Made by a program: the position numbers and the translations under genes
Source: Nitrosopumilus sp.
Lineage (GTDB): Archaea > Thermoproteota > Nitrososphaeria > Nitrososphaerales > Nitrosopumilaceae
Direction of reading: 5' to 3'
Length of the DNA: 64,000 bases
NCBI GenBank assembly: GCA_963667665.2
Contig: OY763927.2
Span: 864,001 to 928,000 of the forward strand
The notes under the pieces: model-generated
Told to the model about the DNA's origin: nothing
The model's database searches: none
The model's input: only the letters and a program-made list of their open reading frames with translations
Shown here: positions 10,593 through 21,154 of the stretch, one piece after another
How the letters are laid out: every line of letters begins with the position of its first letter
Position numbering within the stretch: position 1 is the first letter of the stretch

Positions 10593-10880
10593 ATGGGTGA
10601 ATTAGAACACAAATTCGAAGTAGAAATTAAAGAAAGAGAAGGAATACACAAACTCCCAGAAAAGGTCAAAGACGAGATGAAATCAGGAGGAATGATGGAT
10701 GAGAAAGGAAAATTAAAACTAAAAGGTGTTAGCCCAAAAATGCTCAAAAGAATGAAACAGGAATTTGTAGAGTGCCCAGTTTTGAAAGAAGATACCCACT
10801 TCATTCAATGTTTTGTGTGTCCAAACTTCCAAAGCAGAGTCATGGGCAAAGTACTTTGTAAAGGGGATCCTCTAAAATAA
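10593..10880 (+). CDS. Conserved thaumarchaeal Cys-rich small protein
   Basis: ECPV...FIQCFVCPNF...LC motif; core-like codon usage. Confidence 0.75.
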   Translation: MGELEHKFEVEIKEREGIHKLPEKVKDEMKSGGMMDEKGKLKLKGVSPKMLKRMKQEFVECPVLKEDTHFIQCFVCPNFQSRVMGKVLCKGDPLK

Positions 10881-11211
10881 TCTAAAATATGGTTCTGTGA
10901 AGTTATCGGGTGCTGGGATTTCAGGCATTTAATTCCTAAATACAAAAAAAAGCGTCATGGATCTGGTGATGTTGGCATGGTTAATGTGATATTGGTCTGT
11001 TCTATTGAATCAAGGAATTGTTCGTACCACTTCGGGTCTTGTATGTAGTTGAATGGATTTTTTCACCTCCATGACGCCTTTTTCTAAAGAAAAATGGGAT
11101 TATGTGTCGTCGTTGAACTGAATGATGTATGCGTATCGCTAATGTCATCACCTCCCCGCAACTCATGCGTGGAATCGATCCGACTGTTCTGTGAAGTTAT
11201 CGATGGACCAA

Positions 11212-12342
11212 TCAGACTGAATTTCCCTTATGAAGTGAGGCGTTCTGAATGATGGTTTTCCATTTGTTTTTGCCGTCAACTTCTATGAGAGAGGCTTGAG
11301 CAAGCGTTCTGCCCTGCAATGCTGAATGTTTCTTGGTATAGTTGTAATACGCTTTCATGCCGTCAATCAACGGAGTATCGAACTTCTTTAAACCTCTAAA
11401 GACTTTCTCACGGTCTCTGATTTCGCCATTCAGGCGTTCCATCTTGTTATTGTTATCACGGTCTCTTTTGCCTGCAATGTGAATGTACCTGATATGGTTT
11501 GTTTTCTTGCCAAATACCTTTTTGGATGATTTCATGCAAGCTGGCAGTCCGTCAGTTACAAAGTGTGCTGGGTTCTTACCGATCTTCTCTTTGGTCAGCT
11601 CCAACAGCTTGTCTGCATTGTGCTGAAACTTTGTGTGTGCCATGTCACTAGCCAACCAATATCTTGTATCATCATCCATGCTTGCGAAAAGATAGACCTG
11701 TTTGCCTTTGATCTTTATCCATATCTCATCTGCACGCACCATTGTCCTGCCATTCGTTCTTGGGATGATCTCGTTGAGGTAATCAGATGTCATTTTGGAG
11801 TATTTTGCCACCCAGTTGTAGATTGTTCTGTAAGAGACTGTAATGTCTTCTTGCTCAAAACAATCCGCAATATCTCTTACTGACATTCCAGCATAGTACA
11901 TCTGAAGAGATCTTGTGATAATGACATCATCTGATCTCATTTTCTCAAATCCAAAATTAGCTGTAAACCTCTTTTTGCAGTCAAGGCAGGCATACCTTTG
12001 CACGTTGCCTTTTGCCGTCTGTCTTGTTCCGTTCTTCTTTAGTCTGCCTGAATCGCAGTATTTGCATAGTTTCAACTGTGATCTTTCCATGATTCGAAAT
12101 GTGTTGTTCTTTCTGCACTTGTTATTCTTCACTATCTCTAGTACAATTTTGATGTGCTTGCAGTCTGCCTTTCGAAACCTGTGATCAGGACATTCGCAAA
12201 CTAAACCGTTTGCCGTCTCTCTTACTGCATACCTCTTTTCAGGGTTTGTCTGTGATCTGACTGAAAATGTATTTGCATCAATCTGTGAGCAGTGACCCTG
12301 TGTTTCCATAATCTGTTTTGCTTTTTGAGTTCTTGTGTTCAT
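11212..12342 (-). CDS. IS6-family DDE transposase with SWIM and Zn-ribbon N-terminus
   Basis: CECPD..CKH (SWIM), CKYC..CLDC, ADE, VTDG, NNKMERLNG. Confidence 0.9.
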   Translation of the reverse strand: MNTRTQKAKQIMETQGHCSQIDANTFSVRSQTNPEKRYAVRETANGLVCECPDHRFRKADCKHIKIVLEIVKNNKCRKNNTFRIMERSQLKLCKYCDSGRLKKNGTRQTAKGNVQRYACLDCKKRFTANFGFEKMRSDDVIITRSLQMYYAGMSVRDIADCFEQEDITVSYRTIYNWVAKYSKMTSDYLNEIIPRTNGRTMVRADEIWIKIKGKQVYLFASMDDDTRYWLASDMAHTKFQHNADKLLELTKEKIGKNPAHFVTDGLPACMKSSKKVFGKKTNHIRYIHIAGKRDRDNNNKMERLNGEIRDREKVFRGLKKFDTPLIDGMKAYYNYTKKHSALQGRTLAQASLIEVDGKNKWKTIIQNASLHKGNSV

Positions 12343-12431
12343 ACCATACTGTACTTTTTAACTACATATATACTATACGTTTTGACTATATGTAGGAAAC
12401 AGTTATATGATAACCAAATTCATGTTTGCAT

Positions 12432-12575
12432 ATGAGCATGAAAGTAGATGGTGCATATTGGCGACACGAGTGCAATAGATGCAATGAGATTTGGTACAGT
12501 AGGAACGAATCACCAAAGAACTGCAACAACAAAAAGTGTAATTCCCCATACTGGAACAAGGAAAGGGTACGTTAG
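12432..12575 (+). CDS. 47-aa Zn-ribbon protein
   Basis: MSMKVDGAYWRHECNRCNEIWYSRNESPKNCNNKKCNSPYWNKERVR*; below the ORF-track cutoff; divergent from the transposase. Confidence 0.65.
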   Translation: MSMKVDGAYWRHECNRCNEIWYSRNESPKNCNNKKCNSPYWNKERVR

Positions 12576-12578
12576 TTC

Positions 12579-14085
12579 ATGTCCCCTGACAAAATAATCG
12601 GGGGAGGAGCTTGCAAAAAATACCCTCTACTTTGGCGATAACCTAGACATTTTACAAAAACACATCATAGATGAATCTGTTGATCTTATCTATCTTGATT
12701 CTCCATTCAACTCAAAAGCTGCTTACAATATACTATTCAAAACACCTGACAATATTGAATCTCCTGCACAGATAACAGCTTTTGAGGATTCATGGCATTG
12801 GACTAGTGAATCAGAGCTGGCTTATGGGCAGTTATTGAATACAAGTACAACTGTCTCATCAGTGATCAGAGGTATGAGAGAAGCTATAGGTGAAAATGAT
12901 ATGATGGCGTATCTTGTCATGATGACAATCAGATTAATTGAACTGTACAGGGTTCTAAAAAATACCGGAAGTCTATATTTACACTGTGACCCTACTGCAA
13001 GTCATTATCTGAAGATAATTCTGGATGCAATCTTTCAGCCACAGAATTTTAGAAGAGAGATAATTTGGGATATTGCGGTTTTGTCAGGTTATAAAACACA
13101 GGCCAAGAACTGGATCAGGGGGCACGACACACTATTTTATTATGTAAAATCAAGTGATTTCACTTTTAATAAGCAAACTCAGCCACACAGACAAGAATAT
13201 CTTGCTCGTTTTAACAAAACTGACGAGAATGGTAAAAAATATTTTGACGGTAGAGAAAAGCGCAGATACCTCGATGATGTGGTAAAAAAAGGCAAGGCAA
13301 TAGGCGATGTCTGGTCTGATATTATGTCATTTCAACAGACGCCGACTTCAAAAGAAAGGATGGGTTATCCAACACAAAAACCACTAAGCTTACTTGAAAG
13401 AGTAATTAACTCCAGTTCAAATCAGGGTGATGTGGTATTAGATCCGTTTTGCGGATGCGGTACGGCAGTTCATGCATCTCAAAAGCTAAACCGCAGATAG
13501 ATAGGGATAGACATAACACATCTGGCTATAGGTCTTATTGAAAAGAGAATGAAGGATGCATTTGGAGTCAGCGTAGAAGTGAGGGGGACCCCCAACTCTT
13601 TTGAATCTGCAAAAGATTTGGCAAGACGCAACAAATTCCAGTTTGAGGCATGGGCAGTTACGCTAATTCCAAACGTGCTGCCAAATAGAAGACAGACAGG
13701 AGATAAAGGAATCGACGGGAGGGGATACATACAGTTGGGAACCAACAAAGATGGAAAGCGAATTGATGTCAAAATCATAGTATCTGTAAAAGGCGGAGAT
13801 AGCCTAAATCCAGGAATGGTCAGAGATTTGATTGGAACCATGGACAGTGAAAAGGCAGAACTGGGAGTCTTTGTCTGTCTGAGAGAACCTACAAGAAAGA
13901 TGAAAGAGGCAGCAGCAACAGCAGGAATATTTGAAACCCCTTTTGGGGAACAGTATCCGAAATTACAGATTTACACCATATCGGATTATTTCAAGAGAAT
14001 CAAGCCAAACCTGCCGTCACTGGCAGATTTTATCAGAGCTCCACGGTCAGAAACGGAGCCAAAAGGAAAACAGATCACGTTGTAG
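12579..14085 (+). pseudogene. N6/N4 DNA methyltransferase - Mrr-like endonuclease fusion, inactivated
   Basis: YFGDNL..DLIYLDSPF (DPPF altered), YPTQKP, DPFCGCGT; frameshift in G run ~12600; in-frame TAG at 13498 (RR*IGID); C-terminal DKGIDG..VSVK. Confidence 0.85.
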
Positions 14086-14135
14086 GATGTTTGATGACAT
14101 TATGGCCATGCCTCAAAACTCAGCTCTAGATAACT

Positions 14136-14717
14136 TCACATAACCCCATTTTGTAATTTTTCAGAATCTACAAATTTGGCAACGCCTATTGAAGAGTATT
14201 GATCAGCACGTAATGTACCTTCTAAACCCGATTGTATAGCAAAACCCGCATCATTAAACAAATTGAAATTAGCTATCGGGAATGAAGAATACTCATGTAA
14301 GTATAATAACCAATTATCCTGTTGAGTTCCTCGCTTTATTTCAAAATTTAACGTATCACCAACATCAAAATCATGTAAAATAGTATATTCACTATATTGA
14401 TTAGTCATTATAGTGTCGTCATAGTAATTATAAGCATAGTATACTTTCTCATCTGCAATACAAGCATCACCAATACCATCCCTATCTACATCATTAAATT
14501 CACCTTGTGTAACTCCAAACTCAATCCATTCGTTATCAGATAAAATAATCCATTGCGTAGCTACTGCAACATTAGTAAGACAATCATCAGATTTGATAAA
14601 CATATCAGGTACATGAAGTTGATATTTTATACCTTGAAAAGATGGAGGAGTTATTGATTCACTTGTTTGAGCATAACAATGAGGTGAAATACATAAAGAC
14701 GCATCTGCATATTGCAT
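14136..14717 (-). pseudogene. Secreted neprosin-like (glutamic peptidase-like) protein truncated by transposon end
   Basis: PHCYA, WIEFG and SGLEG motifs; C-terminus runs into the TIR at 14145; signal peptide lies in frame upstream without a start codon. Confidence 0.5.
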
Positions 14718-14769
14718 CCCTACAAACCCAATACTAACTACAAAGATTAATGAAAAAACAAAAAAGAGG

Positions 14770-15618
14770 TTATTCAGGATAGATTACGCCTCGAATTGAA
14801 TTAATTATTTTTAGTCCATCAACATGATCTAAAGAATTAGAAGTAATCTGGATAGTATAATCAGAAAATACAGCATCCATAGCAAAACCCAAAATATTAT
14901 TATCAGGAGTTTTAATGCTAAACAAACCGTTTGTCTGATTAACTATGACCCAACCATCTGCTTTCAAATGTAACAAATCTTCATAACTATCAACTTGTTC
15001 AATATTCCAAGTCGGATGGACATTATAGATAATTCCTCCAGCTTCTATAACATCATTTTCAACTGTAGTGTTATCATACACAAATAACACAGGTACAAAA
15101 TGCATGGTCAACCCATGTTTAGTATCATTGCCAAATGTGTCCCATCCATGTAAAGAATATCCAAGCTTGTATCCTTTAGGAATATATTCTGGTATCCAGT
15201 CAGTTACAATAAATTCATCAGAAGTTGATTGTCTAGTTGATTGCTTTGCTACTTGTTTTGCAGTTTGTAGATCATCTAGTGTATTTGTCATTATTTCATG
15301 AGGATTTACAAAGTTTTGTTGTAAGACAGGTGTTTCAAATGGTCTTCGTAGTGGCTTGATTGTTTCTTCATGTTGAATTTGTAATGGGTTTACTATAGTA
15401 AATCCGAGTTTCTTTTCTAATTTCTCAACTGAATTCTCATTTACACAAGCTGGAGTTCCTCTACTAGTCTCCATTAGAATTTTTGAATCTCTGCACTGTA
15501 TCTGCTCTAGTGGTATTCCTTCGTTGAATTGTTTGTATGGCGTATCTATTTCTGCAAACGCAGGTATTGTGAATAATCCGATTGCCAGGAATAACCCTAA
15601 CATTGTTTTACCAATCAT
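14770..15618 (-). CDS. Exported protein with thaumarchaeal PxKQ..QC..PACV N-domain and DUF4367-like C-domain
   Basis: Signal peptide; PYKQFNEGIPLEQIQC, WIPEYIPKGYKL. Confidence 0.75.
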   Translation of the reverse strand: MIGKTMLGLFLAIGLFTIPAFAEIDTPYKQFNEGIPLEQIQCRDSKILMETSRGTPACVNENSVEKLEKKLGFTIVNPLQIQHEETIKPLRRPFETPVLQQNFVNPHEIMTNTLDDLQTAKQVAKQSTRQSTSDEFIVTDWIPEYIPKGYKLGYSLHGWDTFGNDTKHGLTMHFVPVLFVYDNTTVENDVIEAGGIIYNVHPTWNIEQVDSYEDLLHLKADGWVIVNQTNGLFSIKTPDNNILGFAMDAVFSDYTIQITSNSLDHVDGLKIINSIRGVIYPE

Positions 15619-15779
15619 TAGAGTTTACAAAAAATGTATAATTATTAAGTATGGATCAGAATATTGATTTTTTGCGATCAGAATTAGTTGTTTAATTTTA
15701 TTAAAATATGTGTAAAAATGAAGTTTTACTACATATTCATAATTAAAGAATATGTGTTGTATAGAGTATTGCATACGTT

Positions 15780-16133
15780 CTAAGGAATATTAATCCCTCC
15801 TACTACATTATTTACTGCATAATATGTGCTAAGTAGAGTTACACAACCAACATTTTCGACAAAACCTTTTGTTACACCACTTTCTACCCATTCTCCAGAA
15901 GTAGGATCGGTCAACCATCCAGTAGAAACTGCAATATTTTCACAAGCTGCTTGGTCTATAAACAAATCAGGTGAATCTAAATTATATTCAACTCCATCTA
16001 TAGGAATAAATCGATTTGACTGAACCAAAGAATAACAGTGAGGATTATCACATCACAATATAGCAAATGCTTCTTGATTTACGGCTACAAAACTTAGAGC
16101 AAAAATTACAGAAAATAAAATTAAGTATTTCAT
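15780..16133 (-). pseudogene. Truncated paralog of the neprosin-like secreted protein
   Basis: MKYLILFS...AFAIL*CDNPHCY...GEWVESGVTKG; internal TGA and early end. Confidence 0.55.
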
Positions 16134-17086
16134 TTCATTATACTCTCAAAAATTGGGAGTAATTCATCAAGTGTGTGATAATTTGAAGTTACATGCATTG
16201 AAGTAAATTTATCAGGATTGAAGGAAAAACCTGCACTGTAATGATTCAATAGATTTCCTCCTTCATAGGCCATTACAGTTTTCCCATCACGAGTCATTTC
16301 TGTAAATCCACCGTAATTACCAGGTTGTGATTCTCTATGTTCTTTCAAAAGTTCTATGTTATCTTCTGTTTCATCTGCGCCAGATGACCAATATTCAACA
16401 CCAATCGTAAATCCTTTAGAAACTTGGAGATCATAATTAGTTGTATTTGCATGTAAAACAAATGAAGTTGGTACAAAAGTAATACCTAAAACATAATTAC
16501 TTGTTTTTTCATAGTAGGTAGTTGAAGTGTATAATAATTTCTGGCCGTCTGGGATATATGTAGGCATCCAGTCTTCAGGATAATATCCTACTCCTTCATT
16601 AAGAGAATATTTTTCATGAGAAATAGCTGCAAAACGTGCAACGCCATCACTACTTACTGCAAAGTCATCAGCAGTTGTTTTTCCCATAATTTTATCATAC
16701 ATTGGCACTGGTGCTGGTGCTTTTTGTAACATAGATCTCTGTATCTCTCTTCCGTCATCTACAAAAGGTACAGGTGATGCCATGTTTAGTTGAACTAGAG
16801 GTGCTGAACTTTGAGTATCTTCTTTTTCATCTAAAATTTCAACTACTGTTTTAATTTCTTCCCAACCTAATGCATCAGCAGTTCTCTCATACACACATGC
16901 AAGATTTCCATGGGTGCGAAGCACAAGCACATGATTTGGATTATCACATTGTAGCTGGTTAATTTCTAATCCCTGCTCTAGTTGGACTCGTAAAGGCTCT
17001 GAGAATCCCAAGGGAATAGTACCTAGAACCATTACCAAAGCAAGTGAAACTCCTAGTAGTTTTTTCATAGTCACATCTATTATCAA
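16130..17086 (-). CDS. Exported protein, paralog of 14770-15618
   Basis: PLRVQLEQG..QLQC..LACV, DWMPTYIPDGQKL. Confidence 0.8.
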   Translation of the reverse strand: MIIDVTMKKLLGVSLALVMVLGTIPLGFSEPLRVQLEQGLEINQLQCDNPNHVLVLRTHGNLACVYERTADALGWEEIKTVVEILDEKEDTQSSAPLVQLNMASPVPFVDDGREIQRSMLQKAPAPVPMYDKIMGKTTADDFAVSSDGVARFAAISHEKYSLNEGVGYYPEDWMPTYIPDGQKLLYTSTTYYEKTSNYVLGITFVPTSFVLHANTTNYDLQVSKGFTIGVEYWSSGADETEDNIELLKEHRESQPGNYGGFTEMTRDGKTVMAYEGGNLLNHYSAGFSFNPDKFTSMHVTSNYHTLDELLPIFESIMK

Positions 17087-17222
17087 ATTTGATAATACGT
17101 ATAGCCATTACTGATGATTACGATATTCGTATTTGTATAATATTGAGAGATTATTTTTGTTGAGATTCAAATCTATAGAGGCATGAACTATTATTGGAAA
17201 AAAAGATGGTATTAAACTAGAA

Positions 17223-18170
17223 TTGATAACAACATCTCTACCATTCTCAAATTCAAAAACAATTCATAGTGAAAGAATTTTTTCAACAGATAATGCAATA
17301 AAGAAAAACTTGTCATTACAATCAGAACAATTTGCATTTACACTAGATAAGTTATCAGCTGAAGACATTGTTTTTTCAAAAACTCAAATAAATGAATCTC
17401 TAAAAGGAAACTATATTTTTTCAATTGACGTGTATTCAGTAAATTCAGATGTACTTATTCCTGAATCAAAACTAATCATTGGAGGTAAAGCTTTTGGAAT
17501 AATGGGAACTGATGAATTAAGACGTGATTTAGCGATAGGATTGTTGTGGGGTACGCCACTTGCATTGTTTATTGGCATTGTTGTTGCAATTGCATCAGTC
17601 GTTATGGGATTACTCTACGGAGTATATGCAGGATTCAAGGGCAAAAAAACAGATGAGACAATGATGAGATTTAATGATGTAATCTATGCATTGCCAGTAC
17701 TTCCATTTCTCATCATACTTTCAGTGACAATTAGTAATAGCATATTTGTGATGGTTGGATTTTTGATGATGTTTGGGTGGGTAGGAATTGCAAAAGTATC
17801 AAGAAGTATGTCACTTCAAATCAAGACTCGAGGCTATGTTGAAGCTGCAAACATGATGGGGCAAAAAGACTCCAAAATAATTCTCAAGCACATCGTACCA
17901 CAATTACTGCCTTATGCATTTGCAAGTATTGCAATATCAGTTCCTGCTGCAATCACTACAGAAGCTGGTCTTAGTTTTTTGGGATTAGGTGATCCATCGT
18001 TTCCAACATGGGGGCAAATACTACATGATGCAAATACATTTGGTGCAGCAGCAAGAGGATTATGGTGGTGGATAATGCCCCCAGGAGTAATGATTGCCAT
18101 TACTGGTCTTGCATTTGTCTTTATTGGTAATGCACTTGATGTAATAGTGAATCCAAAGTTAAAACGATAA
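17223..18170 (+). CDS. dppC: Oligopeptide ABC transporter permease (DppC/OppC), probably 5'-truncated
   Basis: MGTDELRRD, EAA loop YVEAANMMG, LSFLGLG..PTWG. Confidence 0.85.
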   Translation: MITTSLPFSNSKTIHSERIFSTDNAIKKNLSLQSEQFAFTLDKLSAEDIVFSKTQINESLKGNYIFSIDVYSVNSDVLIPESKLIIGGKAFGIMGTDELRRDLAIGLLWGTPLALFIGIVVAIASVVMGLLYGVYAGFKGKKTDETMMRFNDVIYALPVLPFLIILSVTISNSIFVMVGFLMMFGWVGIAKVSRSMSLQIKTRGYVEAANMMGQKDSKIILKHIVPQLLPYAFASIAISVPAAITTEAGLSFLGLGDPSFPTWGQILHDANTFGAAARGLWWWIMPPGVMIAITGLAFVFIGNALDVIVNPKLKR

Positions 18171-18175
18171 TAAAA

Positions 18176-18538
18176 TTAGAGGTCAAATTTTCGAATTAAT
18201 TCAATAGCACCATCATTCAATTTTATTGAATAGCAGAATGAATTTTCATCATTGAATGCTGCCAACTTGTTAGCAAATACTTTTTTGCTGTGACCGCCAT
18301 ATGATGCTGTGTCTGATTCATCAAAGCAAATAGTCATTTGTTTCATTTTAAGATTATTTTTTAGAAGAAAAGCAATGAACTTTTTGTAATTTTCAGTAAC
18401 AAACCAGTCTATATTTTTTTCTTGACTTGCTCCAATCCATATCTCAATAGAGTTTTGGTATAGAACCTTTTTTCTTAATTCTTCTAATGCCATCTTTCTT
18501 TCACAATTAAAAATCAGCACGTTGCATCTTTGATCCAC
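18176..18538 (-). CDS. Hypothetical protein
   Basis: 120 aa ORF; likely start at MALEEL (~18493). Confidence 0.65.
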   Translation of the reverse strand: MDQRCNVLIFNCERKMALEELRKKVLYQNSIEIWIGASQEKNIDWFVTENYKKFIAFLLKNNLKMKQMTICFDESDTASYGGHSKKVFANKLAAFNDENSFCYSIKLNDGAIELIRKFDL

Positions 18539-18830
18539 ATCGTGGACAAGTACCGCCTTTGTGTTTGTTGTTACAAACTAGACAAACATATTTTACTTTA
18601 CCAGAACCGTCTTGTGAACCCATTCCAAAGAACCCACCACCTCTTGTTTCAGAATCACCGCCATAACCACGCATACGATTCATGTATCGTCTTCTTAGAA
18701 ATAATGGAAATGCAATAAAAATTCCTAGTGCAGCTGCTAAACCATATGGAAATGGAAGAACCATTTGTAATCCAATACTAATAACTAGTGAAGCAGCTAA
18801 GAAAACCAAATAAGACTTGTAATTAAACAA
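18507..18830 (-). CDS. Membrane protein with C-terminal Zn ribbon
   Basis: Two TM helices, CLVC...CPRC. Confidence 0.75.
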   Translation of the reverse strand: MFNYKSYLVFLAASLVISIGLQMVLPFPYGLAAALGIFIAFPLFLRRRYMNRMRGYGGDSETRGGGFFGMGSQDGSGKVKYVCLVCNNKHKGGTCPRCGSKMQRADF

Positions 18831-19084
18831 TTCATTAAAAGTATCTTAAAAAAGGTTATAAAGCTTTGTCAGTATTTTTTGGATTTTTCATGAAGCATTT
18901 TACAAATTTTGTATAATTGAAAGAGGGATAGAATTTCCACTACTATCCCATGCAAAAATTGAATCATCATCATATGGAATTCTTTTTTGTACATTTTTGT
19001 TACTTTATCTGATGTGAATTTACCGCCAGTTGAGAATCCTCCTAGTTTGGAACAGTGTAATGTCACTAGTAGTGTTGTTGTTTC

Positions 19085-19261
19085 GGGGTCTGTAAATGCC
19101 TCTACGACACTATGACCTAAAAGTTGTTTGGCGTATGGTTCTGTAGCTTCTAATCTTTGTTGTCTACGCCAGGTTTGTCAAACATGGGCTAAGAAAATTT
19201 TGGCCACCTTTCTCATCGCTCTGTTGTGAAGATGACCGTCATTAAAGTACGTCTTTCCTCT
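19085..19261 (-). pseudogene. C-terminal fragment of an IS110-like/Nop-domain protein
   Basis: RGKTYFNDGHLHNRAMRKVAKIFLAHV*QTWRRQQRLEATEPYAKQLLGH; abuts a CRISPR repeat. Confidence 0.55.
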
Positions 19262-19263
19262 AA

Positions 19264-19367
19264 GTTTCAATCTTTATTGTAATAGAAATCTATTCAGAGC
19301 AGGAAAAAGAACCCTTCAAGGCTATCGTACAACTGTTTCAATCTTTATTGTAATAGAAATCTCAGAG
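19264..19367 (-). CRISPR. Detached CRISPR mini-array (2 repeats, 1 spacer)
   Basis: 36-bp repeat GTTTCAATCTTTATTGTAATAGAAATCTATTCAGAG, a 35-nt spacer, then a repeat lacking 3 nt. Confidence 0.85.
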
Positions 19368-19413
19368 TTTGATCGCTAGATTTTTAATCAACGTGATTCT
19401 AGAAATATTAATA

Positions 19414-20273
19414 ATGGAAAAACATCAAAAATACAAATTGCTAGTATTTTCACAGTATGTGCTATACTGATTGGAGGTATTGGGGATATACAAGCCGAAG
19501 AACAAAAACCAGATATTAAAAAGGTAATAAAAGAAATTTCAAAAGAGTTACGAGAATACGTCAAAGATGAATCTCCACTAAAAGAGGATGAATCTACAAA
19601 AATACAAGAGATAAAATCTGAATATTCAGATAAACTTGATACTGTATTTGAGTTAGTTTTATCAAATTCAAATATTGATTATTCTGTTGGAACAGATCTA
19701 GAAAAAGACACTTTGAAAAAACTCTTGATTCAAGAAGAACTCAAATGGCAAAAAATAGATTTCTATGATAGTAAATTAGAATCTAAACTAAACACACAGT
19801 CATTTGATTGGTTATTACCTTCTGCATATGCATCACACAATAGTTGTGCATCACAACAAGAGGTACAATACTTCAAACAGGTAACTGTAGATATTACTGG
19901 CCAGAGTGGTTTTGAGGGTGGAAATCAACTATTCAATGTAGCTAGAACTTTGTTATCTGATTGTTCTGTAAAATATACTTTATCTTTTCTAGATGAAGAT
20001 CATCCTATACCTTGGATTGACTCTTGGTATGATGATGTCAGAATGGATGTATATGGAAGAATTACAGATATAGAGACATTTTATGTTGATGATGATCAAA
20101 TTGAATTTATAGGTGTGTGGAGTGACGAACAAACATTTTATAAATTAATACCTCTTCATTATACTTCTGAGATGTCTTTCCAAAACACTGTCTATGTAAG
20201 TAACACCTGGAGTCATATGATGAGTACAGAAGATACAAATCCTTCAATGTGGAAGACTACGCATGTCTTTTAA
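19414..20273 (+). pseudogene. Secreted protein of DEDxP/GRxxDxE/NTWxH family; frameshift in A5 run near the start
   Basis: ATG 19414 is out of frame with the signal peptide KIQIASIFTVCAILIGG; paralog of 21648-22524. Confidence 0.7.
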
Positions 20274-20339
20274 CATTTCTTTTTTTTTAGAATAATTAAT
20301 GCAATAGTAATTCTTGTATTTGCAGTATTTTTAGGATTT

Positions 20340-20552
20340 TTGGGATTAATCGGTGGTGAGTTGTTTTTCTTTTCTCAGAAATTGTTTGGTTATTGGTTAG
20401 TTGGTTATCTATGTGTCATGATTTGTACAGCCACAATACTATCTCTTACACAATTGTACAATATCAAGCAAAGTGACAAGTTTAGCATTATTTGGCATGT
20501 ATTATTTTTTGGAATTTGGATTATAGGAAATAAAATATATGTGCCAGCATAA
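20340..20552 (+). CDS. Small multi-TM protein (candidate partner/immunity protein)
   Basis: Hydrophobic; C-terminus WHVLFFGIWIIGNKIYVPA resembles 20799-21095. Confidence 0.55.
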   Translation: MGLIGGELFFFSQKLFGYWLVGYLCVMICTATILSLTQLYNIKQSDKFSIIWHVLFFGIWIIGNKIYVPA

Positions 20553-20798
20553 CCCTAATTAACTTACAGACGATTGAATGATCCTAATAAAAATATAAAA
20601 GTCTGAAATAATAATAGACGGTAACTAATTATCTGATCGTAACTGATAAACTATTTTTCTCAATAAGATTAATTTTAGCGTAAATAAGGATGGTTCAATA
20701 TTTGGTTCTACCCCAGAAATAACTACCTCATCTAATACTGTGACATATAAAGAAGTATTTGATGCTGTTGGTGAGAATACAAGTATGAGTAAATTCAC

Positions 20799-21095
20799 AT
20801 GGGTTTACTGACCTTCTTTTTCTATTTTCGTAAAATATCTGCAGTAATTCAAATTTTACTATCATCACCACTGCTATTTTTCATAATAATCAATGCTGAG
20901 ACTTGGGCATTTTGTGAAAAATTCAATGGTAATGATGCTAGATTAATTGTGATGCCGCTAACAATTGCCGGAATAATTATCGGTATACTATCTTTGAAAT
21001 ATATGAAAAAAGTTGATATTTTGGTCATATCCTGGTATGTTGTGTTTATCATTTGGATCATCAGTAACAGAATATGTATGCCAGCATACCTCTAA
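20799..21095 (+). CDS. Small multi-TM protein, paralog of 20340-20552
   Basis: WYVVFIIWIISNRICMPA. Confidence 0.55.
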   Translation: MGLLTFFFYFRKISAVIQILLSSPLLFFIIINAETWAFCEKFNGNDARLIVMPLTIAGIIIGILSLKYMKKVDILVISWYVVFIIWIISNRICMPAYL

Positions 21096-21154
21096 TACGA
21101 CTTGCAAGAGGTAATAGTAGGTGTGCTGACGGTAACCTAAAGGTCACCTATAAT

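Larger units (their letters stand above)
10891..14145. mobile_element. IS6-family-like transposon carrying a passenger MTase-REase
   Basis: TIR GGTTCTGTGAAGTTATCG at 10891 (second copy TGTTCTGTGAAGTTATCG at 11185) and inverted AGATAACTTCACATAACC at 14128-14145 (16/18 match) enclose the transposase and RM gene. Confidence 0.75.

Noticed and set aside
13498-13500. Pyrrolysine or readthrough at the in-frame TAG in the MTase
   Set aside because: It replaces a conserved Trp (TGG->TAG) and the gene has other inactivating lesions
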